Shown in pieces: positions 13,240 through 26,935 of a stretch of DNA of 64,000 nucleotides (its first letter is position 1; each line of letters begins with the position of its first letter). The notes below the pieces were generated by a model. That model was not told where the DNA came from and searched no databases. It worked only from the letters and a program-made list of their open reading frames with translations. Source of the stretch: the human T2T-CHM13v2.0 reference genome, Homo sapiens. Where the stretch lies: assembly GCF_009914755.1 (NCBI RefSeq), contig NC_060927.1; one strand, 5' to 3'. Position numbers and translations under genes: made by a program.

Positions 13240-13420
13240 CATTCTCATTTAATTCTCACCCCCATCCCTCAGGGGTATAGACTTTATCATCTCCATGTCA
13301 TAGGTGAAGAAACTGAGGCCTGGAGAGGCTACAGGATTCACTCAAGGCCACACAGCTAAAAAGTGGTAAAGTGAGGGGTGAAGCTCCAGCAGGCCCTCTC
13401 AAGTGGCCACGTTCTTTACC
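13240..13420 (-). mobile_element. MIR SINE
   Basis: 'ctcatttaattctcac...gtgaagaaactgaggcctggagagg...ctcaaggccacacagcta'. Confidence 0.8.
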
Positions 13421-15210
13421 CAAGATTTCTGCCTCATTGTAGTTAACCCTTCTCATGGAGAACCAAGACTAATCTGCAAAACCACAAGGCTTGAAAAGCA
13501 CTGGGAGCTGCCCCTTCACCATGAATGAATTCAGGTGTCTTCAGGCCAGATCAGCCTCTGAACCTACACCTACATGGTGTAGAAGATGGAGATGCCTCCA
13601 GAACCTTCTACACAGGCCCCTACTTGGTGGCATGAGCCTCCAGGGTGGAACAACCACACCACAGGGGCGAGTGAGTGCTGAGAACCTTCTGCCTCTGGCC
13701 AGCCAGTAGCTCACCAGCCAGCCACATGCATGCATGTGTGCAGAGCCCCACCAGAGAGTGTCATGCCAGGGAGCTCCTGTCTCTTCTGAGCACCCTGAGG
13801 CAAAGGGAAACAAGGCATAGCAAATTAAAACAATTGAAGGCACATCACTTGTGCCTCTTTAAGGTAGCCATAAATACATAATTCTCAAACCTGCTATTCT
13901 GATTCCAGGTAATATGTTTTAACCATGGTCTGTGGGCTCTGGAAAGCAGCTGTGAGGAGCAGAGCAATAAATTGGATTGTAAAAGCACAGGATAGAAAAA
14001 TGATTGCAGCATTTTTACAATTACCTGGTTTTCCTCAGTCCATAGAGGAAAGAGTGCTTTCTCTTTGTACTTCTGTGATAAAAGATGTATCCAGGTTAAG
14101 TCCGTGTCACTATTGTGTCATCATAATCTAGCATGTATTGATTGTTTGCCGCTCACCAAGACACACGGCCTCCCAATTAACCCTCGTGCCCACCCGACCA
14201 GGCAGGCTCGTCCATCATGTTTTTGCTTTTCATGCAAGTCAGCTGAGACAGAGGGGCCAAGCAGGGTTCAGAGCCACAGGGCTGGTAACTGTGGCAGCCA
14301 GGACCCCAACCCAAGGCATCAGACTCCAGAGCATGCTCCTCCCAAGAGGAAAAGTTTTGCTTTTCGTTACGTTACTGTGAGGAGAAGGAAAATAGGTCAA
14401 TTTTCATTCTTCAAATCACATTTTCAACGGGGATTCAGTCTCTGGGCCCTCGGAAACTCGAGCACATGGTCCCTCTAACTGGAGCAGCCAGGTCCCCTCT
14501 TTGTACTGGGGGCTGGCAGGACCAATGCTTTGTGTGCAAGCATGCTGCTGCTTTCATTATCTTCCAGCACATTATTAAGAATCCTGCACATTATAAAAGT
14601 GAACTTAGATCTGTTGTACCAAGTACAAGCCACTTTCTATTTTTTGCTCTTCTACTTAAATTTTCAAAGATTCTAAAATAGCAGTTGCCATTTTTTACCA
14701 CCTTCTCTTCTGAAATATTTAATTCTTCCTTGGGAGGTTTAACATTGTGTTGCTCAAGGATTAACTTCCATTTTTTGAAGACAGTCTATTAGTCAAGGCA
14801 GGCAGAAAATGGATTTCACCAAGTGGCAGAGACGAAGGACAGCAGTGCAAGCGGAGAGAGACAGGGAAGCCTTGCTTTTGCGTTTATAAAGCCACTTGCC
14901 CATCAGCAAACCTGGGACCAACTGCCTTTATTAAACGCATACTGATTTTTAAAAAGCAAAGTTTCCCTGCAAAGACTAATTTTAAGGGGATTAATGCTCA
15001 ATGAATAATGCACTGGGGAAGAACTAGTACAGTAATATGTAATTGGGAGAGGAAGAATCAAAGGTGATGAAGTACACAAGTCACCTTCCAGATGCAAAGC
15101 AAGTTGGAGACGGATGGTGGGTCTAAGGCCAATTGGAACATGTGGGCAGCTCCCAACTCACCAGCTGGAATGGGAACAGCCAGGATCATGGGCTGCTGCT
15201 GTTTCTCTAA

Positions 15211-15515
<305 letters not shown>

Positions 15516-15950
15516 TTTCTTAATAACTGCCAGAGAAGAGGGGAGGGAGGAAATCATGAGAAAGATGAAAGCCTTGGTGATTTTAGCCTTTTTATGTGAA
15601 GGTCCTAATCCAAGCCTTTTTTCTGTTAGATGATGAAGTCAGATGATGCTGATCATAGGTAATTCTGTAAGATCTCTTGTTTGGGTCAGTTTCTGGCCTC
15701 CATTTTCCTCTCCCCTTGGGCTAGGCCCAAAAAGCTTGAAGTTTATTCCTCTCCAGAGACAGCTTTTTCCAACAGCTTCTTGTGGATAGCCGCAATGGGT
15801 TACTGCTGTCCTCCACGTGTCTTTGCCTTCTTTCCTGCTCTGTTCAGCCAACAGGACTTCATGTAATCTGTGGGGTATGCAGTTTTTTGCTTCTTTGACC
15901 CAAAGTATCAGAATTCATTCACAGTGGTAGTGGAAGAAAGGGACAGTTAC

Positions 15951-16302
<352 letters not shown>

Positions 16303-16809
16303 TTATGAGGTCAATGTGGGAAAATGTAATTCTTGGCCAATGAACTGCCAAGTCTGATTCCTAAATCCAGATTGGGTAGTGATGAATTGTTAACTCTTGC
16401 CAACTTTTGTTTTTTTTTTTCTTGAAAAATAAATGGGGCTCCTAAAAATTTAAAAGAAATTATTAGGATCCCATCTTTAGCACATTTCTGCCTTGCTACT
16501 GGCTCCTTGGGAGACACAGAGGACACTGCCAGTTTTCTACTTTGCTTCAGGATCCCTTTCTAACACAGAGGTACAGGAGCCCCCTGGATCTGGGGAGCTG
16601 TGAGTGCGCAGGGCTTCCTGAGATGCTTCACAACAGGTTTCACCTGTAAAGGTGGGCACCCACCCCTCCTGGGAAGGCAGGCCCTCTGGCTCCCACATTC
16701 TCAACGCTCTTTCATCCCCAGGTTTGCAGTAATTACAAGGCCAGGCACAGGGTGGAGGAAGTGTGTGGAGAATGCCTCCCAACCTATAGTGCCTAGGGCT
16801 AAGGGGCTC

Positions 16810-16986
16810 ACACCTTGCTGCACATTAGAATTACCTGGGGCAGGGAGGGCCTTTTAGAAACCCTCTTCCAGACTCACCCTAGACTAAATAAATCAAATCT
16901 CTGGGGCAAGGGATGCAGGCATCAATACTTGGTCGAACAGCCCACATGAATCCATTGTGCAGCCACGTTCGAGAACCACTGATCTC
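16810..16986. mobile_element. MER5B-like MITE
   Basis: 'cacattagaattacctgggg...aaatcaaatctctgggg...gcagccacgttcgagaaccactg'. Confidence 0.7.
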
Positions 16987-17659
16987 AACAGACCTCCCGA
17001 GGCAGCATTGGGAAGAGATTGATTCAGAATGATACCTGCCTGCATCCTAGTCCCCTTGTATTTAGCAGGCTCTACAGGTCACTGTTTTCCATACTTTTCC
17101 CATTGCTTTTTACTTTGTTTTTGACACATTTATTTTGCAGCTTCAGTTTCCCTCTACAGTCAGTCAGACACAAGCTTTAATAGTCATGGTTCTCACCAAG
17201 AAGGCAGTTTAAAGCTTTAAGCAGTATATGAGCTTATACTCTTTGTCTGACTTAGTAAATCTGCTGTCTTTTAAGCAATGGTAATGAAGACTTCACGATT
17301 CCATTGTAGTTGTTTTGTTGTATTTAACCAGATTTTCTTTCTAAAAGCAAGGATGTGTTTTGGCTTTAAAAGATTATTATAATTCTTTTAAAATTAAGGA
17401 TGCCATTGACTTTGGGGCCAGAAAATTCCTTTATTCTAGAATTCTTCTACCAGTGATTACAGTAGGTCTTTTAAAACATTCTACTGATTTTTTTAAAAAT
17501 TTACATTTAAGGACAACAGGTATAAAGTTGAAGTACTATGTGAAGCAGGAAGAACAAAATGAAACAGCTGTCATGGCAATCAGCCACTCCTTTTTTTTTT
17601 ATAAGACTGTAATAAATAATGTGTTTATGTCCCCACCAATATGCTTTCTAGAACACATA

Positions 17660-17860
17660 AGTATGGTATAATGGGAGGCAGAAATCTCTGCTTCAGATTC
17701 TGACTCATCCACTATCTAAACGTGAAATGTTAGGTATAATACTATTTCATTTATTAAGACTATTTCTATTCTGCCTACCTCACAGGGCTATTATGTGGTT
17801 CCAAAGAGATATAGGTGAAGGCCCCTCAAAAAGCCTAACACACTGTGTGATATGATGTAA
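17660..17860 (+). mobile_element. Degenerate MIR
   Basis: 'ctgcctacctcacagggctattatgtggttccaaagagat'. Confidence 0.55.
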
Positions 17861-19800
17861 ATCTTAAAATGTTAATTAAGGTTGCACTGTCTGCAGTGGC
17901 CTTTTTGTACATGGATGGGTACAAGTCTGCCCTAAAATAGGCACCATGAAGACATGATTTAGCAGAAGAACAGAGGTTAAAAGGGAAATTAATAATATAA
18001 CCGATAACTTTTCAGTGCTGTTTCCCTAATGGCAAAGGGAATTTACATTATGACTTGCAGAGGGTAATTAATTGGTTGAAACACCCCAACATTCATGACA
18101 ATGCTTTAAAAATGCCTTGCACCATACATCATAGCAGAAAGGCCAGGGGAGTTGGGAAGAGCGAGGGATTCTCAAATAGGTAGATATTTACATAATATAC
18201 TGAGTTTGAATTGTTCAAGTTATTTTAAAGTTAACTGAAATTGTTTAATTGTAATATGTTTTATATGTAACATATTTTCTCCACCCTGAGGTTAACATTC
18301 AATGTTTTGTCAGAGACACCTTGGAAAGCAGGGAAGTGCTGCAGCTGGGAAGTATAGTGGTGCATCAAGGCCTGGTCACTGTTGTAACTCACTCACTGTT
18401 GTGTGTTTATGCCACAAGACTTACCACTGTTTAGGATAGTAGAATGAAGACATGGGGTAGTGCCTTATATTTACTTTTTTAAGGATAAACATGTATCATA
18501 CTTTTAAAAAATCATCAAGGTAGAAGGCCTTCTTTTGGAATGATGGAGGTATAAGTGAGTGAGGTACATGTTCATACTCAACAACATATGTTGAGTATGT
18601 TTATACTTACCATAATGCCCTTGAGAGCCATTCAGGTTGTTGTGTGTATCGGTACTTTGTGCCGTCTTTGTGAAGTAGTATTCCATAGTAGGGATGTATC
18701 ACAGATTGTTTAATCATTTACCTATTGAGGGATATTTTAGTTGTTTCCAGTTAAGGACTATTTCAAGTAAAGCTGCTATGAACTATTATATACAAGTTTT
18801 CATGTGAACATAAATCATACTTTTTCAGGAACAAATGCCCAGAATACAATTGCTGGGTCACATAGCAAGTGTGTGTTTAGTTTCTGAAGAAATTGCCAAA
18901 CTGTTTTCCAGAGTGGCTGTACCATTTTACACTCCCACAGGCAATGTATGAGAGAGGTGGTTTCTCCCCATCCTCTCCAGCATTTTGTGCTGTCACTGTT
19001 TTTTGTTATCTATACTAAGAAGTGTGTAGTGATATCTCATTGTGGTCTTAATTTGCATTTCCCTAATGGACAGTTCTGTTGAATATTTTTTCATGTGCTT
19101 ATTTGCTACCTATATATCCTTTGCAGTGGAATGTCTGTTCATGTCTTTTGCCCATTTTCTAATTGAATTATTTGTTATTTTGAGTTCTTTGTATATTCTA
19201 GATAATAATCCTTTGTAGAATATGTGATTTCTGAATATTTTCTCCCAGTCTATATATTGTCTATTCATCCTCTTAATAGTCTTTTGCAGAGCAAAAGGTT
19301 TTAATTTTGTTAGAGTCGAATTATCAATTTTTTTCTTTTATAGTGTCATGTTATACCTAAGGATTCTTTGCCCAGCCCCATAATCTGAAGATTTTCTCAT
19401 GCTTTTTTTCTAAGTTTTATAGTTTTATATTTAAGTCCATTACCCATTTTGAGTTAATTTTTATGTAAGAGATGAGATTTAAGTTGAGGTTCATTTTATG
19501 TCTATGAATGTTCAATTACTCCAATGCCATTGTCAAAATGCTACCCTTCCTCTAATGAGTTTCTTTTGCACCTTTGTCAGAAATCAATTGGGAAATAATT
19601 TGTGTCTTTCCCTCAACCAATACCACACAGTCCTGAGTACTATAGCTATATCATAAGTCTTGAAATCAGGCAGATTGATTCATCTCACTTGATTCTTTTT
19701 CAAAATTGAGCTATCTAGTTCTTTCGCTTTTACATATACATTTTAAAATAATCTTGTCTGTATCTATAAAATACAGGGATTTTGTTAAGAATTGCATTAA

Positions 19801-20081
19801 GGCGGGGCACGGTGGCTCACACCTGTAATCCCAGCACTTTGGGAGGCCGAGGTGGGTGGATCACCTGAGATCGGGAGTTTGAGACCAGCCTGAGCAACAT
19901 GGAGAAACCCCATCTCTACTAAAAATGCAAAATTAGCCCAGTGTGGTGGTGCATGCCTGTAATCCCAGCTACTCAGGAGGCTGAGGCAGGAGAATCATTT
20001 GAACCTAGGAAGCGGAGGTTGTGGTGAGCCAAGATCGCACCGTTGCACTCCAGCCTGAGCAACAAGAGTGAAACTCCATCT

Positions 20082-20111
<30 letters not shown>
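19801..20111 (+). mobile_element. AluSp-like
   Basis: Diagnostics tcgggagtt, catggagaaacc, caacaagagtgaaactcc. Long poly-A. Perfect TSD aagaattgcattaa at 19787-19800 and 20112-20125. Confidence 0.97.
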
Positions 20112-20115
<4 letters not shown>

Positions 20116-20286
20116 ATTGCATTAAATCTGTATCATTTTGGGCAGAATCGACATCTTTACTATGTTGAGTTTTCAAATCCATGAACACAATATGCCTCTC
20201 CGTTTATTTAGATTTTGTATTTCTTTCATTAGCATTTTGTGGTTTTCAGCATCCAAGTTCTATGCAAGTTTTGTTAAATTTACATG

Positions 20287-21445
20287 TGTAAGACGAATAA
20301 AACAGTTTTTCCCCCTACTCACACACCACTCCACATAATACTCCTGACACCAGCTGTGTAGAGGTAGTTCCCCACACTCGGTGCAGTTTTTCAGAGGACA
20401 CCAGCTGGGCGTCCTATAATTCAATTCAATTGTGACAGTTATCTACCTGGAGATAACATCAGAACCCACAGTTGAAGGGCTTAGTCCCGCAAGATTCCCC
20501 CACCTTCAGATGCCAATCACAAGTAGTAAGTTGTTGTCTATACTTCTGATTGACCAGCTCTAAATCTGGGCTCCCACACCCTCTTATTGGCTCTATTAAT
20601 TTGCTAGAGTGGCTCATAGAACTCAGGGAAACACTTGACTTACACTTACTGGCTTATTAATAAAGGATACAGATGGACAGCCAGATGAAGGGGTACTTAG
20701 GGCGAGGTCTGGAAGGGTCCTGAGCACAGGAACTTCTATTCCATGGAGTTGGGGTGCCCTACCCTCCTGGCACACAGATGTGTTTGCCAACCTGGAACAC
20801 CTCTGAATGCCATAGTTCAGAGATTTTTATGGATGCTTCATCACATAGACATGATGAATTCTTAACTCTCCAGCACCTCTCTGCTCTATGGAGACTGGTG
20901 GGGGTGGCTAAATGCTCCCAGCTTAAATTAGACGGGCATGGTGGCACGTGCCTGTAATTCCAGCTACTAGCGGGGCTGAGGCAGGAGGATCGCTTGAACC
21001 TGGGAGTCAGAGGTTGCAGTGAGCTGAGATCGTGCCACTGCACTCCAGTCTGGGGGACAAAGCAAGACTCTGTCTTAAAAAACAAACAAACAAACAAACA
21101 AACAAACAAACCTCCAAGCTTATCATTAAAGCTTGGTTGTGTTTATGGTTCTGGTGACCAGTCTCCATCTAGGAGCCCACCAAGAGTCACCTTATTAGAA
21201 TAAAAGATGTGTCTGTTATCAGGAACTTCCAAGAGATTTAGAAGCTCTGTGTTAGGAAACTGGGTCAAAGAACAAATTTTAGAACAGAAGATTCCCCTAG
21301 TACCCCATTTGTAAGGATAGGATCTCTGTCTTAGGAACTAGGACAGAGACCAAATATTAGAACAAAAGATCCTCCTAGCACCCCTATTGCTCGGGAAATT
21401 ACAAGGGTTTTTAGGAGGTCTGTGCCAGGAACTGGGAGGGCAGAG

Positions 21446-21475
<30 letters not shown>
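20287..21475 (-). mobile_element. MER21-family solo LTR
   Basis: Characteristic ~85-bp repeats 'ttagaacaaaagatcctcctagcacccctattgctcgggaaattacaaggg...tgtgccaggaac' and 'aattcaattcaattgtgacagttatctacctggagata'. The L1 continues on both sides. Confidence 0.85.
20926..21110 (+). mobile_element. Right-arm-only Alu with (AAAC)n tail, inserted in MER21
   Basis: Starts at the Alu linker/right arm. Degenerate TSD aatgctcccagctta (20911-20925) / aaacctccaagctta (21108-21122). Confidence 0.92.
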
Positions 21476-21476
<1 letters not shown>

Positions 21477-22305
21477 CATTGCTAGCATATAGAAATACAA
21501 TTGATTTTTACATGTTTACTATGTTTATCTTGTATTCTGTAGCCTCTCTGAACTTCCTCATGAATTCTAGGAGTTTTCTGGGTTTTCTTGTTTTCCTTTT
21601 GGATTCCTTGGGACTTTCTGCATAATTTCATGTTCTCTAGATATACGGACAGCTTTATTTCTTCCCTTTTGTTCTTCATGCTTTTTATTTCTTTCTCTTG
21701 CTTTATTACACTGGCTAGAACTTCCAGTACTATGTTGAATAAAAAAGGTGAAAGCAGACATCCTTGCCTTGTCTCATTTTATGGGGTAAGCATTCAGTTT
21801 TTCACCATGAAGTATATTAATTGTAGAATATTTGGTAGGTGCTTTTTATCAAGTTGAAGAAGTTCTATATTTATATTTTTCTTAGAGTTTTTATCATGAA
21901 CAGGTATTGAATTTTGTCAAATACTTTTTCTGCATAAATTGATATTTGTTGATGGAGTTTTGAATATTGAACCAGCTTGCTTCCCTGGAATAAACCCCAT
22001 TTGGCCATGGTGTATAATTCACTTCCTAATACTGCTGAATTTTATTTGCTAATGTTTTGTTAAGGAGTTTTGTATCTATTTTTATGAGGCATATTTTGGT
22101 CTACAGTTTTCTTTTGTGTACTATCCCTGTCTGGTTTTGATATGAGAGTAATATTGTCTTCATAAGTTGAGAACTGTTTCTTCCTCTTCTATTTACTGGA
22201 AGGCAATGTGTTGAACTGGGGTTCATTCTTCTTTGGTGGAATTCTCCTAGGAAAACATCTGGACCAGGGGATTTTCATTTCAGGAGATTTTAAATTACAA
22301 ATTCA

Positions 22306-22626
<321 letters not shown>

Positions 22627-23439
22627 TCAATTTCCCTAATAGTTAAAGGGCTGTTCCGATTATCTATTTCATATTGGGTGAGTTTGGTGTTTTTTGAGGA
22701 ATTGGTTCATTTTATCTAAGTTTATCAAATTTATGTGTGTAGAGCTTTTCATAGTAATTACTATCCTTTTGATGTCTATACAGTCCATAAAATCTTCTGT
22801 GCTTTAATTCTTGATATTGATAATTTCTGTTTTCTTTCATTTTTGCTTTGTCACTATCTAGAAATTTGTCAATTTTCTTGATTCTTTTCTAAGAACCAGA
22901 TTTCTGTTTCATTCATTTTCTGTACTTTTCTATTTTCAATTTCACTGGTTTCTGCTTGTTACTATTTCCTTTCTTTGCTTGCTTTGGGTTTATTTTGCTC
23001 TTTTTCTAGGTGCTTGAGGTAGGAGTTTAGATTATTATTATTTGGAACTCTTCTTCTTTTCTAATATAAGCATTTATGATGCCCCTTTCCTAGTTCTTTG
23101 GCTACTGAGATAATTTTGAGTTTGGGGGGACCTTTAACCATTTTTTCTATGCCCTGTGGCATTTCCAGGTCGATGGCTTCTTCACCTCCAGGTCTGGAAT
23201 AGATGAGGCAAAAAGAAAAGCCAGTAAAGTCATCACTGTCATTCTTTAGGGTCCAAGGTCCCCCGCTAGACTTCTTCCTTTTCTCTTTTCATATCTATAT
23301 CTCTATGATGTGAAAATACAGATATAGATACAGCTATATGTAGGCATCTTACTAAACAATTTAATAATTCTAACCACTTTCAAGTGGATGAACTTGGATT
23401 TTGGAGGATAATAATCACAAACTTTGAAAAGTACTATGT

Positions 23440-26400
23440 TTTCTCTTTCTTTCCAATATTTGTACCTCACTTCATTTTCTGGTCACTGCCTTTCCCAAGA
23501 CCACTGGTGTAATGTGGAAGTAATCACAATGATGGCCATTTATCCCTCTCTTACTTCTTGTATTTCAGTGTTAAATAGAATTGCTTTATAGGTTTCTGTA
23601 GGAATTGATGTTTTGAGTCATCAAATGTCGGTACTGAATTTATCAAGATGATTGTGTGGTTTTTCTATTAATTAGTTGAATCATAGTAATGGATTCTTCT
23701 AATGTTGAGTCATCCTTGCATTCCTAGGATCAATTCTTCTAGATCGTGTTGTGTTACTCTTTAAAAACACTACTGATTTTGAATTAGGAAATTATATTAG
23801 GATTTTTGCTTATGTATGCATTAATAAGATTGTGCTTAGAACCTCTCCTGCACACCAAACCAATAGCCTCTTTCAGAGGGGTCATATGTTCTTCCTATGG
23901 TCACTCTATTAAATTAATATCAAATTTCCTTTTAAATATTAAATTTCTTCCTATTAAATGCCTTGCCTGGCTTTTGCAGGCATTTTGAGTTGTTGAACTC
24001 TGGTCTGTACTTTGCTATTTTAGTGCCATACTATCCACTTTTGGTATCTAGGTTATGCTAGCTTTGTAGTAGAATTGAGACGTTCTATATATTTTCTATG
24101 TTCTATGCAGTCTAGCACAGGAATTAATATGTACTTTACACTTTAAAGGTTGTTAAAAGTAAAAAAAAAAAAAAAAATGTAGTGAGTAGTAAAACCATCT
24201 GGGCCTGGGACCTGGCTGGTGGGGGGGTGGGATCTTTGACTATCTTTTCAACTTTTTTTCGTATAGTTTCTGATCTTTTCAGGTTTTCTGTCTCTTTTTT
24301 AATCATTTTAGTAGTTCATATACGTCTAGAAAATTTTTATTCCCACATTTATTCTTCCAAAATTCTTTTAAATATACTGGTATTTGCATATGTACTCTCT
24401 AATAATTCGAAATCAAATTCATGTCTGTAGTTATATCCTCTGTATTATTCCTAAGTTTGTTTTGTTTACTCTTTTTCATACTGGTCTTTTATTGATCTTA
24501 ACATCTTTTGGGTTTTAATCATCAAACCGACTTTTTTGTTTTCTATTTCATCATCCTACTTTTTCTTTATTGAATCCCTTTCTTCTACTTTTTTTAAAGA
24601 ACCTTATTATTGTTTAGCACATTTTCAATCTTTCTTATTTTGCATTTTAAACTTTGACTCTGTCTTTGATGCGTCCTGTAAATTTTGAGCTGAGTGCTCT
24701 GATTATTACTCATCGCTATATGGTCTCTAATTTCAGCTTTGATTTTCTTTTATAAATTACTCTTGGGTTAGAGCTCCAAGAGATCTGTAGTATTTCTCTT
24801 TTGAGGGTTTTATTAAGATTTTATTTCTGGCTGAATACTGAGTCAGATTTTTTAAGTGTTTAATAGAAATTTAAACATGTATTTTATGTTTGTTGAAAAC
24901 TGAGTTTACATATGAAAATTATCTAGCTCAATGATTGTGTGTTCAAATCATCTATACCCTTACCTATTTTTTTGTCTGCTTGGTCTCTCAATTTCTGAGA
25001 AAGATGTGCTAAAGTTCCTCACCATGATTATGGGTTAACAGTTTCTGCTTGCATTTCTAACACTTGTGACACAGTTCCATGCTGTGTTGTTCAGTGGGGA
25101 AAGGTTTGTGGCTACTATTATCTTCTAGATTGCATCTTTAATCCATATAAAACATTCTCTTGCTTTTGGCCTTGAATTCTATTTTTGTCTGACATTGATA
25201 CTGTGGTTTTTGCTTTCTTTTTGACAACATTTAGTTGGTTTATCTCCAGTCATTCTATATCATTTTAAGTCTTTTGAAAATAACAAACAGCTTGGTTCTG
25301 TACATTTCCCATCTGAAAGTCTGTTAACAGGAGACTCTAAACAGTATTTATTATAGATATTGGTATATTTGGACTTATCCCTGTCATTCATTTTCATTTT
25401 CTACTTAACACACTTCTTGTTTCTCTACCTGCCTCCTTTTTCTTTATTGCTATTCTTCATTGCTTATTCATAATGTTTTCTTTTTCATCCTTCTGTGCTT
25501 TGGAAGTTCTACATCCTATTCTTCTTATTTTTTTCATTTTTTGTTTTATTTATTTATTTATTGAGACAGGGTCTTGCTGCGTTACCCAGGCTGGAGTGCA
25601 GTGGTGCAATTATGGCTCACTGCAGCCTCAACCTCCCAAGTAGCTAGGACTACAGGTGCACACCACCATCCTTTTTTTTTTTTTTTTTTTTTAGAGACAG
25701 GGTCTCACTGTGTTGCCCAGACTGGTCTTAAACTCTTGGGCTCAAAGTGATCCTCCTGCCTCAGCCTCCCAAAGTGCTGGGATTACAAGATTGAACCACT
25801 GCACCCGGCTGACTCTTTAGTTATTTAAAGCAGAGTATTTAATCCTTATCATTGATGGGAAACTATAATTTTAATCAAAACTTGTAATCTACCCTCCCCC
25901 ACCAAGACAAAATCTTTAGCACATTTTTACATGTTTTTAACTTCCAAGGATTTCTCGCCTCCTGATTGTTCTTTTTTCACAATAACCTATTGTTGTTTTA
26001 CCAGTGCACTGTATCTTTGAAGAGAGAGAGAGAGTGTGTGTGTGTAGTGTATAAGTTCTGTTATCTGCATTGGAGTCTAGTTCTATTTATCCTCAACTGT
26101 CTCTATTGTGCAAATGATTTCCTCAAATATCTGATGATTCTTGCTTGTCCATTCATATTTTAAATACAGAAATGTGTGAACTGATTGTCATGTGTTTCCT
26201 CAGCAGTCATGAGCCTTGGTTTCCACTGCAGATCTCACCTCTGGAGGTAAGGGATGACTAAGAGCCACATGTCAGTAGCAGGTTTCCCTTTGGGGTGCCC
26301 GGGAAGTGAGCAGCCCACTGCTGGGACCCTCATGGGGCGTCATAGGGAAGCTTCATCCTGTGGAGCAGTTTCCCAGAGCTTACTTCTGAACAGAGTTGTG

Positions 26401-26935
26401 TTTCTCTTTTCCTTGCCTTATCCTTGACGCTGTCTACTGAGGTACCTTGTGCCCTCTGACTGATGTTCTAGACTCAGTATCCCGGAGAACAGTCCCTCCA
26501 CATTCTAGACCAATTCCCAGCCTTAAGGGCTACACTCATGGGTCAAGCTGGGTTAAGCTTGGTCACACACACTGCCTCCAGCCTTCTACACAGCTGGGGA
26601 AGGGGCAGGAAGGATTGGTCCCTGTGTGCAGACTATCTTTTAACTTAGTCTGCCCGTCCTCCACATTTGGAGTTTTTTCAGCCTACCATTGTGAAGACTC
26701 TCTTACCTCTGCTGAGTCTACCACTGGGCCTGTGCAGGGTAGCAGTTCACTGCTGTAACTTTCCCATCAACCTGCCCCACCTGCTTTCTGCCTTCTAGAA
26801 GTTCATCAATGTACCTGGGGTGCTAATAGGGCCCACCTTTCAATGCTATTAAGAATTTATTTTCTTTCTTGGTGAAGGGAAGAAAACATTTATGCTTGGT
26901 CTGCCATCTTGAACCAAAAGTCTAGAAGGGGGTTT
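23440..26935 (-). mobile_element. Very old L1 (L1ME-like) ORF2/ORF1/5' remnants
   Basis: T-rich antisense L1 motifs ('catccttgcattcctaggat', 'aatttctgagaaagatgtgctaaagttcctcaccatgattatgg'); terminal 'tctgccatcttgaaccaaaagtc' resembles an L1M 5' end. Confidence 0.75.
25528..25810 (-). mobile_element. AluJ with an internal right-arm deletion
   Basis: J diagnostics. About 30 bp is missing at 'gcctcaacctcccaagtagct'. Pure poly-T linker. Confidence 0.93.

Noticed and set aside
21192-21450. Repeat-spacer (CRISPR-like) array
   Set aside because: The units are diverged LTR-internal repeats in mammalian DNA. There are no identical repeats with unique spacers and no cas genes.
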